Source: Ignicoccus islandicus DSM 13165
GTDB taxonomy: Archaea; Thermoproteota; Thermoprotei_A; Sulfolobales; Ignicoccaceae
Direction: 5' to 3'
DNA length: 32,000 nt
NCBI RefSeq assembly: GCF_001481685.1
Contig: NZ_CP006867.1
Coordinates: 810,001 to 842,000, forward strand
The position numbers and the translations under genes are program-made. Under the pieces are notes generated by a model. It had not been told where the DNA came from. It saw nothing but the letters and a program-made list of their open reading frames with translations, and made no database searches. Positions 16,832 to 26,665 of this stretch are shown in pieces. Positions within the stretch are counted from its first letter, which is position 1. Each line of letters opens with the position of its first letter.

Positions 16832-19297
16832 TCATTCCTTACCTAACTTCTCTTCGAGCTTGGCTAACCTCTGGAGCATTACCTTCCTTTCAACGCTAGC
16901 TACCATGTACCTAGTTCTGATTACTGCGTCTGGGTTTACGCTTATGCTATCTATTCCAGCCTTTACTAGGAACTCCACTAGTTCAGGATATACGCTAGGT
17001 CCTTGACCGCATATGCTGACGGTCCTTCCGTACTTATGAGCCGTCTTTATCAAGGTTTCGATTGCTTTGAGCACTGCCGGGTCTCTCTCATCGAAGTAAC
17101 CCATTCTAGCCAATAGGTCGCTGTCCCTGTCAGCGCCTAGCACTAGCTGAGTTAGGTCGTTGCTACCTATACTGAAGCCGTCAACGAGCTTCGAGAACTC
17201 GTCCGCTAGCAACACCACGCTGGGAACTTCAGCCATTATCCATACCTTGAAGTCCCTGTTCCTTTGAAGTCCCTCGCTTTCCATTATCTTTAGGACCTTC
17301 TCTACTTCCCACGTGGTCCTTACGAAGGGTAACATTACCCATACGTTCTTGAGTCCGAATTCTTCCCTTACCTTCTTTATGGCCCTAAGCTCTAGTCTGA
17401 AGGCCGGTTCGTACGTAGGACTTATGTACCTCGATACGCCTCTCCAGCCTAACATCGGGTTCCTCTCTTCGGGCTCGAACTCCTCGCCGCCCTTGAGTCC
17501 TCTGTACTCGTTGCTCTTGAAGTCGCTAAACCTCACTACTACTGGTCTCGGATATATTGCGGAGGCGACTTTAGCTATCCCGTCCGCAAGTTTGTTGATG
17601 AAGTACGTCTCCTTACCCTCCTTTATTAGGTAAAGCGGGTGATAGCCTATCCAGTCAGTAATAATGAATTCTATTCTCATTAGCCCAATTCCGTCAAACG
17701 GTAGGTCCTTATACCTATCTATGGCGTTAGGCTCGCCCAAGTTCATGTAGATCTTCGTACCGGTTGCTGGGAAGAGGTATCTGAGCTCTTCGGAAGGTAT
17801 TCCTATACCAGTGCCACCGGTAACTTCTTCTTTCTTCTCCTCTCCTATTCTCACTTTACCCTTGTAAACTACGCCTCTGTATCCGTCAACTGTAACCGTC
17901 ATACCGCTCTTGATTTTCTTGGTGGCCTCTTTGGTACCGACTACGGCAGGAATTCCTAGTTCCCTAGACACTATTGCAGCGTGGGAGGTCATACCTCCTT
18001 CATCCGTAACTATTGCAGCGGCCTTTCTCATTAGAGGGACCCAATCCGGATCGGTCATCTTAGTTACTAGAACGTCCCCCTCATTGAACTTGTCGGCGTC
18101 CTTCTTAGGGTCACTTAAAACCTTCGCAACGCCTATTCCAATGCCGGGCGAAGCGGGGAGACCTCTAACTAATACCTCGGCCTCCACGTGCTCCACCTCT
18201 TCCTCTTCCGAAGGCCTTACCTTTACCTCTTCCCTAGCGCTCCAGACAGTCTCTGGTCTCGCTTGAAGTAAGAACACGTTCTTGGGGAATTCCATGTCAG
18301 CGTCGAGAGCCCATTCGATGTCCATGGGCCTCTTGTAGTGATCCTCTACTTTGATGCCCATTTGCGCCAATGCGAAGATTTCCCTATCTTCCAAAGAGGG
18401 CTTCTCAGCGAGCTCCGGAGGCAAGGGTTCCTCATAGGTACCTCCTTTTTCCCAATCGAACCTAATTGCTATTTCCTTCTTGGAAATATGCTTCTCTATA
18501 ATTGCTTCCTTTAGGACGTTCTCGTCCACTTGAGTGGGGTCCACGTCTAGGTATTTCCTTACTACTTCCTTATTTACAACGAAGGTATCCGGCGTAACCT
18601 TACCGCCAACTACGGCCTCGCCTAGGCCCCAAGCGCTTTCTATTACTATCTTGCTTCTATCACCGTTCCTCACGTCTAGGGTGAACATTACACCAGCGCT
18701 CCTAGCGTTCACCATCTTTTGGACTACAGTGGCCATAGCAACGTTCTCGTGAGGTATCCCTTTGCTTATCCTGTAGGCTATCGCTCTTGCATTAAATAGA
18801 GAAGCCCAACACTTCTTAACGTGTTCCACAACCGAGTCTTCACCAACAACGTTGAGGTAAGTGTCTTGTTGTCCAGCAAATGACGCGTCGGGCAGGTCTT
18901 CAGCGGTTGCGGAAGATCTCACCGCTACCCTCAAGTTATTTACGTCCACTCCCACCTTCGCTGCGAGTTCTCTGTAGGCGTTCCTTATCGCTTCCTCTAT
19001 GTCTTTGGGCATGGGCGTTTCCAATATCAATTTCTTTATCTCTTCCGCCTTTGCCTCTAGTTCCTTAACGTTACTGGCGTCTATGTCCTTCAACATATCG
19101 TTTATCTTGTCCAGTAATCCAGTTTCCTTAATGAACCTCCTATAAGCAGTAGAAGAGACTACGAAACCTGGAGGAACTGGTATACCCGCCCTAACTAGCT
19201 CACCTAGGTTCGCTCCCTTTCCTCCAGCTAGGTTGATGTCTTCCTTCCCTATTTCTTCGAACCACAATATTACCTTGTTCAACTTATCTTGAGACAT
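16832..19297 (-). CDS. ppsA: Phosphoenolpyruvate synthase (pyruvate, water dikinase)
   Basis: The N-terminal ATP-grasp region carries [10 protein letters not shown]. The phosphohistidine swivel domain has [23 protein letters not shown]-terminal PEP-utilising TIM barrel is present. The ORF opens at 19348; ATG 19297 ([15 protein letters not shown]) matches the usual N-terminus. Confidence 0.93.
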   Translation of the reverse strand: MSQDKLNKVILWFEEIGKEDINLAGGKGANLGELVRAGIPVPPGFVVSSTAYRRFIKETGLLDKINDMLKDIDASNVKELEAKAEEIKKLILETPMPKDIEEAIRNAYRELAAKVGVDVNNLRVAVRSSATAEDLPDASFAGQQDTYLNVVGEDSVVEHVKKCWASLFNARAIAYRISKGIPHENVAMATVVQKMVNARSAGVMFTLDVRNGDRSKIVIESAWGLGEAVVGGKVTPDTFVVNKEVVRKYLDVDPTQVDENVLKEAIIEKHISKKEIAIRFDWEKGGTYEEPLPPELAEKPSLEDREIFALAQMGIKVEDHYKRPMDIEWALDADMEFPKNVFLLQARPETVWSAREEVKVRPSEEEEVEHVEAEVLVRGLPASPGIGIGVAKVLSDPKKDADKFNEGDVLVTKMTDPDWVPLMRKAAAIVTDEGGMTSHAAIVSRELGIPAVVGTKEATKKIKSGMTVTVDGYRGVVYKGKVRIGEEKKEEVTGGTGIGIPSEELRYLFPATGTKIYMNLGEPNAIDRYKDLPFDGIGLMRIEFIITDWIGYHPLYLIKEGKETYFINKLADGIAKVASAIYPRPVVVRFSDFKSNEYRGLKGGEEFEPEERNPMLGWRGVSRYISPTYEPAFRLELRAIKKVREEFGLKNVWVMLPFVRTTWEVEKVLKIMESEGLQRNRDFKVWIMAEVPSVVLLADEFSKLVDGFSIGSNDLTQLVLGADRDSDLLARMGYFDERDPAVLKAIETLIKTAHKYGRTVSICGQGPSVYPELVEFLVKAGIDSISVNPDAVIRTRYMVASVERKVMLQRLAKLEEKLGKE

Positions 19298-19372
19298 AAG
19301 GAGGCCCCAAGGGGCGTATCTGTAAGTTGAGCTATAAGGTTTATGCATGCCAATACAACATATACCATATGT

Positions 19373-20506
19373 TCAGCTATTCCTCAAATGTACCATACTC
19401 TTCCACAGTGAGTATGATGAGAGCACGTTCATAAGGGCAGAGAAAGCGAACACCCAACCTCCTCCAAGACCTATTCCCTCGAGGTAAGTATATAGGAATG
19501 ACCCTACTAGGGGCCCTATCGCGTTGCCTAGACCGAACATCGTTTGCCTGAAACCGAAGTGCTTCACGGAGGCCCCCATTTCGCCTTGAGCTGCTTTGGA
19601 TATCGATACCGAAGTTGAAGCGCCTAACCTACTGAGCATCAACAAGAGCACCAGTGCAACGTAATCCCTAGTGAAGCCTATCAGGGAGGTGCTTATTGCT
19701 TGTATGAACTTAAGTTGAGAACTGAGGAGGAGCTTCTTCTCAATGCTTAAGAAGTCGGTCTTCCTGGCTATTAGGTATGAGACGAATAGAACCGTGTAAC
19801 CCGGAATTGCCATTGCAATTGAATACATTTTGGGAGATGCCGTAACGTATTGGATAATGTAAGTAGGTAAGACGGAAACCCTCATTCCGAGGGCTATACC
19901 GCTGAAGAGGGCACTTAGGTAGAGGTATTTCATGGCGCTCGAAGTCGAACCCCTACCTTTATAGACGTTTAAATTGACGAGCAGAGGTAAGCTAGCAAGC
20001 GCTATCAGAGCTGAAACGCCGAATGGGATCCTAACGCTAGCTGGATGCGTTGGTAATATTAGGAACCCTCCCATTAAGTTTCCGGTAGAGAACCCCAAGT
20101 TCGAAAACAAGTTCAGTAAAGCTAAGTTCGAGGACTTCCTATCACTTTTCGCTATACTGTACTCTATGTGGGGCCAGATGAGCCCTAGCGAGGAACCTTG
20201 GAGTATCCTAAAGATTAGTAACTGGGGAACGCTCGTTGAGAACGCCATGCCAATTAGCGATATCAATAACGTTAGAGACGCTATAGATGGCCTCGAGAGG
20301 TGCGAAAGGGAAGAAGCAACCGTTCTACTAAGCATGAATGCAGTCGATAGAGCCCCTAAGTCAATAGCGACCAATTGCGCGGGCAACGTTTTGGAAGGGG
20401 CTAGGATTCCCTTTAGGTATAACAACATGTAGGGCAAACTAACTGAGACGACGGACGAGCTTAGCGATAGCGCGAACGCTAATGCTATTCCCTTCCATTG
20501 GTTCAT
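19373..20506 (-). CDS. MFS-type membrane transporter
   Basis: The 377-aa protein is hydrophobic with multiple TM segments in an MFS-like arrangement. It is not closely similar to the other two MFS ORFs. Confidence 0.7.
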   Translation of the reverse strand: MNQWKGIALAFALSLSSSVVSVSLPYMLLYLKGILAPSKTLPAQLVAIDLGALSTAFMLSRTVASSLSHLSRPSIASLTLLISLIGMAFSTSVPQLLIFRILQGSSLGLIWPHIEYSIAKSDRKSSNLALLNLFSNLGFSTGNLMGGFLILPTHPASVRIPFGVSALIALASLPLLVNLNVYKGRGSTSSAMKYLYLSALFSGIALGMRVSVLPTYIIQYVTASPKMYSIAMAIPGYTVLFVSYLIARKTDFLSIEKKLLLSSQLKFIQAISTSLIGFTRDYVALVLLLMLSRLGASTSVSISKAAQGEMGASVKHFGFRQTMFGLGNAIGPLVGSFLYTYLEGIGLGGGWVFAFSALMNVLSSYSLWKSMVHLRNS

Positions 20507-20618
20507 CAGTCATCAATTGCGCTGGTATACCTCACAGTTAATTAGATGCGATAGTGCGATTAGAGCGAGGTTTTGAAAAGAAGGTCTTCGATAATCTAGT
20601 TATTGAGTAAAAGAGGAG

Positions 20619-22073
20619 TTAGGTGAAGACCACTTTCCTAACTTTCTTGTATGCAGCTACTTTGCTGTTTACGAAGTTCATTATCTCTTCTTCGCTCACC
20701 TTACCTTTGCATTCTTCCTTTAGTTTGACCTTCGCAACCGGTATTTGGCCGACGTCGCCGGCCGGTTCTCCCTCTACCGTGACTTCCTCTACACACGGGT
20801 GTTTCTGGAGTATTAACTCTAGATCCCTAGGGAATATGGGATAACCTTTGTATTTCAACATCCTCTTTCTAACTCCTTTGAAGTAATAGAATCCTTCCGA
20901 GTCTCTCGAGAGTATATCTCCGGTCCTCAACCACTTCTTTCCATCTACCACAACGAAGGCCTTCTCGTTCTCTTGAGGATCGGGATAACCCTTCATTACT
21001 TGCGGTCCTCTCACTAATAACTCTCCTTGATCCTCAACTTTCTGCAACGTATCCGGATCTACTAGCAACGCCTCTACGCCGGGCAAGGGGAACCCCAAGC
21101 TCCCAATCTTGTGCTTCTGCGGAGTGGTGGCGAATATCTGAGGAGCTTCGGTCATTCCATATACTTGAAGGAGAGGCTTCCCAGTAAGCTCCTCCCACTT
21201 CTGCTGGTCTTGGGGCGGTAGGTAAGCGCCGCCGCTCATTGACCACTTAAGGCTCCTACCAAGCTCCTTCACGAAACCTTCGTCTTCCTTCATCAACGTT
21301 TGGAATACCAAAGGTACAGCTACTACGTACGTGGACGGGAACTTCCTCGATAACTCCTTTATCTTGTCAATGTTAAATCTCTTTAATAGAATTGCTGTTC
21401 CGCCGCTCACGAGCGCGGTCATTAAGGCTGCGTCCAAACCCAGTACGTGGGTCAATGGAATAGTAACTAGGCTCACGTCGCTCCCTTCAATCCCCTCAGC
21501 TTGAACTAAGGGCATTATCGCGCCAGTGAACGACCTATGGGTGTGTATTACTTGCATGGTCCTTCCAGCTATTCCAGCATAATAGAATATTCTCGCATCG
21601 TCCTCGTAATTCACTTCTACTTCGTGTGAACCGGAAGCGTTCTTGAGGTCCTCTTCGTTCACCACTGGGTAATTACTAAGCGTGGCTCCTTCTCTTTCTA
21701 TAACTTCCTTATCGGCAATTACTACCTTCGGTTTCGAGTCCTCGAGTTGCATCTCCAGGTCTTCCTTCTGCGTTAAAGCGTCTACTATGACTACTCTAGC
21801 CCCAGCGTAGAGGCTACCCAGCAAAGCGGTTACGAATTCGGGTCGGTTAAACATTATTAGGAAGGTAGTATCTCCCTTGTTCACTCCGTTTTCCTTCAAT
21901 AAGGACGCAACCGCCTTACTTTTGTCTATTAGCTCCTTATACGTCATTTGAGTACCATCTTCGTACACCAGCGCTACTTTTTCTGGTTCGGCGTTGGCAG
22001 CTTTTTCTATTAATTTATGAACAGGTAATCCGGGGTCCTTGTATTCCATGGCTCTTCGAGCATTCTGAGACAT
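20619..22073 (-). CDS. AMP-dependent acyl-CoA synthetase/ligase (ANL superfamily)
   Basis: AMP-binding signatures are present: YYAGIAGRTMQV (a degenerate P-loop-like motif), YGMTE, TGD and the C-terminal KGYPIFPRDLE. The ORF opens at GTG 22127. ATG 22073 is preferred because the duplicated fragment at 26370-26665 keeps this ATG and homology ends about 15 nt upstream of it. Confidence 0.88.
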   Translation of the reverse strand: MSQNARRAMEYKDPGLPVHKLIEKAANAEPEKVALVYEDGTQMTYKELIDKSKAVASLLKENGVNKGDTTFLIMFNRPEFVTALLGSLYAGARVVIVDALTQKEDLEMQLEDSKPKVVIADKEVIEREGATLSNYPVVNEEDLKNASGSHEVEVNYEDDARIFYYAGIAGRTMQVIHTHRSFTGAIMPLVQAEGIEGSDVSLVTIPLTHVLGLDAALMTALVSGGTAILLKRFNIDKIKELSRKFPSTYVVAVPLVFQTLMKEDEGFVKELGRSLKWSMSGGAYLPPQDQQKWEELTGKPLLQVYGMTEAPQIFATTPQKHKIGSLGFPLPGVEALLVDPDTLQKVEDQGELLVRGPQVMKGYPDPQENEKAFVVVDGKKWLRTGDILSRDSEGFYYFKGVRKRMLKYKGYPIFPRDLELILQKHPCVEEVTVEGEPAGDVGQIPVAKVKLKEECKGKVSEEEIMNFVNSKVAAYKKVRKVVFT

Positions 22074-22204
22074 ATGCGATATATATCTTCGTATAGCGTC
22101 GCGTTCGTATTGCCTTTCCTCTCGCACGAAAAGAGGAATGCCTCGAGGATATCAAATGGTGAGCACTTTGATATCAAGTCTGTTAAGGAATGGTAGTAGC
22201 GGTT

Positions 22205-22252
22205 TGGAGCGCCGCCGGGATTCGAACCCGGGACCTCCGCCTTACCAGGGCG
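22205..22252 (-). repeat. Orphan 3' half of tRNA-Thr (attL-like direct repeat)
   Basis: Positions 22211-22252 are identical to 27175-27216 (42 bp). TGGAGC at 22205-22210 matches 27168-27173 with a 1-nt deletion relative to the intact gene. No tRNA 5' half follows. Confidence 0.9.
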
Positions 22253-22337
22253 AAGTCATAGCTAATAGGATCCTTACCTTTTACTTGCTAGGTTGTTTGT
22301 TGACGCAATCTGATTATTTTACTAAAGCTGTTATATT

Positions 22338-23612
22338 TTGGTAACGAAGGTGTTCACAGTGGCACTTGAAGTGTCGTTTAGACAGTTGGTGAAAAGCGTC
22401 CCGTCTACCACATATGCCACACACGGTCTTTACATGCATCCTGCTAAATTCATCCCACACGTCGTTAGATTCGCGCTAGAGAAATATTCCAAAGAGGGCG
22501 ATACTGTTTTCGATCCCTTCGCCGGACACGGGACGGTTGGTATTGAAGCGAAGATTCTGAACAGAAACGCAGTTCTCTGGGATCTAAACCCTATGTCTAG
22601 GGTTTTAGCTCTAGCATCAATGTATGACGGCGAGCTTAGGAAGAGCGATTTCATCTTAAAGGACGATTCTGGTTGCGAATTTGTTCCTAGTTGGAGCAAC
22701 ATTGATTATTGGTATCCTGAGGAATTCTTAAACTATTTGAGTAAACTGTGGGGCTTTTGGCACTATAATATATACGAAAGATACAAAGATAGGAACCTTG
22801 AGGCTAAGGCCTTCGTTCTGTCTATACCTCTCTTCAAAATTACGAGGTACTTCAGTTGGGCTGATGAAAAAATCGCTAAAACATATCGATCAAAGTATGC
22901 TAAAAGGAAAGTTGAAAGCTTATTGAAAGGAAATTGGAAAGCCGTGCTCTGGAATATGTACTGGAAAAACGTTAATGTGGTAATTAGGAAAGTATCCGAG
23001 TTCAAAAGGTATCGCCCGCATAAGATCGATGTGGTAATTAAGACCAGTTGGAAGAATAACGACAAACTTGCAATATTTGATAGTATTGTAAACAAGGTGG
23101 ATAGGCACATTGACTTACTAATAACTTCACCACCTTATCTGCAAGCACAAGAGTACATTAGGAGTTTTAAGCTCGAACTCGCCTGGCTCGGATACAATGA
23201 TAGGGATCTCAGAGAGTTATCGTCCAGGGAAATACCGTATAACAATCCTCCAGAGACAAATATCCGAAGCAACACTTACTGGAGCGTGAGAGAAATAATA
23301 GAGGGTTATAATAATAAGAAGTTATTGAAACTCTACGACGCATACTTCAAGTCCATCTTGGGCTTCTTTGAGAGAAACCAGGACGTGGTCGATACTATGG
23401 CAATATTCGTTGGGCCGGTAAAGGTTAGGACTTTGCGCGTTCCAATTGATGAGATAATCCGGGAGCATATGGAGGCTCACGGATGGAGACATGTAGCCAC
23501 ATATATTGATACAATAAAGTCGAGAAGGTTGTTTGAATCCAGAATTAACCCCGCTACTGGTATACTGGACGAGAGGACGCCTACCGAGCATTTATTGGTT
23601 ATTACCAAATAA
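22338..23612 (+). CDS. Site-specific DNA methyltransferase (N4-cytosine or N6-adenine; SPPY motif IV)
   Basis: The AdoMet motif I region reads HPAKFIPHVVRFALEKYSKEGDTVFDPFAGHGTVGIEA (FDPFAGHGT encoded at 22509-22535). The catalytic motif IV, LLITSPPY, is encoded at 23127-23138. About 190 aa separate the two motifs (motif I, putative TRD, motif IV order). The start is uncertain: TTG 22338, GTG 22350 or ATG 22434. Confidence 0.85.
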   Translation: MVTKVFTVALEVSFRQLVKSVPSTTYATHGLYMHPAKFIPHVVRFALEKYSKEGDTVFDPFAGHGTVGIEAKILNRNAVLWDLNPMSRVLALASMYDGELRKSDFILKDDSGCEFVPSWSNIDYWYPEEFLNYLSKLWGFWHYNIYERYKDRNLEAKAFVLSIPLFKITRYFSWADEKIAKTYRSKYAKRKVESLLKGNWKAVLWNMYWKNVNVVIRKVSEFKRYRPHKIDVVIKTSWKNNDKLAIFDSIVNKVDRHIDLLITSPPYLQAQEYIRSFKLELAWLGYNDRDLRELSSREIPYNNPPETNIRSNTYWSVREIIEGYNNKKLLKLYDAYFKSILGFFERNQDVVDTMAIFVGPVKVRTLRVPIDEIIREHMEAHGWRHVATYIDTIKSRRLFESRINPATGILDERTPTEHLLVITK

Positions 23613-23620
23613 AGGAAGGT

Positions 23621-24979
23621 ATGAAGAGGGTTAGTATAATGTCTAGGCCATTGCTGTTGCTTTATATAACTCCCCAAAACTTGTTCAAGACGAACAAGAT
23701 ATTAGAGATGCAATGGTCTGCAACTAAAACACTAACTCCATGTATAATGAAAATATTATATGAAGGAGACATTGATAAACGCCTTCATATATTCGATGAA
23801 ATATTTACTGGACTCAAGAATCTAGAAGACATAGATGAGAATGATGTGTTAGGTAGAGTATCTATTTCTTGGTATTATATCACAAAGCTCCTTCATCAGT
23901 CAATAGGACCTAGACTCGGGAAATTTACAGAGAAGATAATCCAACATTGGATCAATACTAATGGTATCTTTGAGGTATTAGGCACTGACGTCCCTTTGGG
24001 ATCAATTCTTCGTGAATACTTCAAAGTAAGATATAATTCTCGGAAAAAGATTGATTTTGTAATTCGTAGGAGATCTAATATGAGCTATAAGAAGGAATGG
24101 AACTTCATAGAATTAAGAACTAGTGAGCATACTGGGGGGAGAACAGCTCAGTTATCCTTATTGGATAAGTTCAATGATCTACTACGCCTTTTAGAGATAG
24201 ATGGGTACTATACCAAGATAATCAATGTTGCCGAGTCGATCTATATGGATATTGCAATATTATTTTCGGAGCAACATGAACTTTTAAATAATTATAACTT
24301 TAGTAAGGGACGCCTAAGTTCTCTGATAAGTTACATTGTACAAGAGGATCAAATTTTGGGAAAAGTTGAAAAGCTTCTTAACAAAGGATTCGAGCTATTT
24401 GACAAATATTGTAAGGAACATGTAGATCGCGAATCCTTACAAACGGTACTTAATAAGGAGAGAGGATTCTGCTTAAAAGACGGCAAGATCAGTATCATTT
24501 TTAGAATACTGTTTGGAGACGAGTTTTTTAGATATTATACTGGCAAAACCATAAATCAACTTCTTAGTGAGGATCGGAATATAGCTGACGATCTTTGGTT
24601 CTATTTTGGCATTGTTCTAAACGAGTTAAAAGTCGCCAAAGTGTTTGGTAGAACAAATGTAAGGCTTATTTACGATATAATAAAAGAAAATGATATGGCT
24701 AAATCATTTAAAGACATTTATAATATTTGTACGGGCAAGCATAGTTCTCAATGTTCATTAGAGAAATATGTTCGTGAGGTAAATGATATTGTGCAACAGC
24801 TTGCGATTGGCCTATTGAATCACCTAGAACAAAAGAATCTTCCTCTAAGATTACTTGAGACGAACGATCATGTGAAAAATTGGATATATTTGAAAAGATT
24901 AGTCTATGCATCTCTCTCGTTGTATTTAACAAGGGATTTAGTGGGCGATACACACTTCAAACAATGTAAATGGAGTTAA
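23621..24979 (+). CDS. Uncharacterised 452-aa protein; candidate restriction endonuclease or defence effector partnered with the methyltransferase
   Basis: The ORF is intact and starts 8 bp after the methyltransferase stop, preceded by AGGAAGGT (SD-like). It is very AT-rich. It contains no Walker A motif or other motif I recognise. A possible PD-(D/E)xK-like arrangement is E104 ... D145 (KIDFV) ... E164-L-R166 (FIELR). Confidence 0.7.
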   Translation: MKRVSIMSRPLLLLYITPQNLFKTNKILEMQWSATKTLTPCIMKILYEGDIDKRLHIFDEIFTGLKNLEDIDENDVLGRVSISWYYITKLLHQSIGPRLGKFTEKIIQHWINTNGIFEVLGTDVPLGSILREYFKVRYNSRKKIDFVIRRRSNMSYKKEWNFIELRTSEHTGGRTAQLSLLDKFNDLLRLLEIDGYYTKIINVAESIYMDIAILFSEQHELLNNYNFSKGRLSSLISYIVQEDQILGKVEKLLNKGFELFDKYCKEHVDRESLQTVLNKERGFCLKDGKISIIFRILFGDEFFRYYTGKTINQLLSEDRNIADDLWFYFGIVLNELKVAKVFGRTNVRLIYDIIKENDMAKSFKDIYNICTGKHSSQCSLEKYVREVNDIVQQLAIGLLNHLEQKNLPLRLLETNDHVKNWIYLKRLVYASLSLYLTRDLVGDTHFKQCKWS

Positions 24980-26369
24980 TACATGACTAATAAAAATAGG
25001 GATTCTATGATTATAAAGATTTCTATTTTAGTAGACATAAATTTAGTAGGGGTAGAAAGTTGGGTCTTTGTATTGAGATGAAGAGGTAAGTGTGTCCATT
25101 CATCTGGTGTTTAGACGCTATAATATATAAGAATACATAAGACACTCACACTACCAAGATAGTTAGTTTGTTTAGTACCATTGAGAATGTTTTTGCTGAC
25201 TTCTATCCAAGCTTGTACTTGTATTATCTTGGAGAAGATACAAGACCTTTAGAATACGAGTTACATCCTAGTACTAAGCTTCTTGTTAGGAGAATTCTTG
25301 AGACTTATAGAATAACTCAAGTTAAGTGGGAAAATATTACTGGAGTACATTGGTTTTGGAGTTTGAATACTCTCCGCTTGGGGAGCCGATTGTGTCAGTA
25401 AGCATATTCGTATACAATGGTCCATTTGAAGGTGCTGATATAGAGGTTAACGTCCTACTATGGATTTATGATAATCAAGTTATCGAATCTCTCGAATCAT
25501 CTTTAGTATCATTTTGGGTTATCCAACTTTAGATATGCTTTTGAGAAAAGTGGAGAGATATAAATAGATCTAAGATAAGGGTTTCTTGATTGAAAAGCCA
25601 TTAGCAATTATCCAGAAGCTTTATCCGATATTTTGCGACTAGCCAAGATGGCTTGACTCCCTAATAAACAAAAATACTTTCTTATATTAGATACGATTAG
25701 TAGCCCGAAACCTCTGATAGGCGAATTTCACAGTTATACGATCATTATAGTCCTTATAGGAAAGATATTTTGGTGAACATGATTGTTGGAGAAAAAGGAT
25801 ATGAGGTTTATCTTCGGCCAAAGGGATAAAAGAAGTTGCGGAGATAATTATGGGAAATAGTGTTATATTGAAACCTTTAAAGGGTGATAATACATTGGAG
25901 GATGCATTTAACTCGATGGTTGAGGACATATTGTGGCCTTATGTAATGAAAGCTTTAAAGAATACTCGTACTCTGATAAGAGCTACTACAGAGCACTTCT
26001 TTGTCGAGTAGATGAATAAATTGGTCTCATCTAGGAAATAGATATACAAGTTTGGAACCATGCATTTTACTTCAACCTTCATCTTGCCTAAGTCGTTAAC
26101 AAGCTGACACCAAGGATCACCTTTGAGTTTTCTATGTTTTTATTCCTCTTTTCCTCTTACACTTCTTTGCTTTCGATTTTGAGATTACAATAAAAATAGG
26201 CATATATCTTTCAATGTACCTCATAGAACTTTATCGCAAAAATCATTTAGTTGTAGCAATGATGCCGAGAGGTTTGATGGTCTTATTTCTACTACGATCC
26301 ACTAATAGGACTTCCGGTGTCAGACACGATCAAGATAATTTATGTCATTACCCCCTTTCATATCGGAGC

Positions 26370-26665
26370 CTAGCGCCAGCGTAGAGGCTACCGAGTAAGG
26401 CGGTTACGAACTCGGGTCTGCTGAACAATTATTAGAAACGTGGTGTCCCCTTTATTTACCCATTTCTCTCTAAGTAACAAGACCGCTGCCTTACTCTTCT
26501 CAATTAGCTCCTTATACGTCATCTGAGTACCGTCTTCGTACACCAGCGCTACTTTTTCTGGTTGGGCGTTGGCAGCTTTTTCTATTAATTTATGAACAGG
26601 TAATCCGGGGTCCTTGTATTCCATGGCTCTTCGAGCATTCTGAGACATATGCGATATATATTTTC
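26370..26665 (-). pseudogene. Truncated, frameshifted duplicate of the 5' end of the acyl-CoA synthetase gene
   Basis: This segment aligns with 21796-22090. The start-proximal part of about 190 bp differs at only a few positions. The distal part of about 100 bp is much more diverged, and its frame is broken (FLIIVQQTRVRNRLTR versus FLIMFNRPEFVTALLGS). Confidence 0.85.

Noticed and set aside
22138-22344. A 68-aa plus-strand ORF reads straight through the orphan tRNA half (…ERRRDSNPGPPPYQGE…). I considered it as a split SSV-type integrase int(N)/int(C) fragment.
   Set aside because: It begins in host DNA, continues only about 30 codons into the island, has no integrase-like sequence, and has no matching partner ORF at the other att copy. 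It is most likely a chance ORF across a GC-rich tRNA remnant.
25083-25155. An imperfect inverted repeat (GGTAAGTGTGTCC ... GACACTCACACTACC) lies downstream of the 452-aa gene.
   Set aside because: The arms need several mismatches or bulges and the loop is about 45 nt. This is not distinguishable from chance in AT-rich DNA.
26221-26340. AATGATGC ... TTGATGG ... GTCAGA looked like a possible C/D-box sRNA inside the island.
   Set aside because: There is no true CTGA D box on that strand, and the box order is wrong on the opposite strand.
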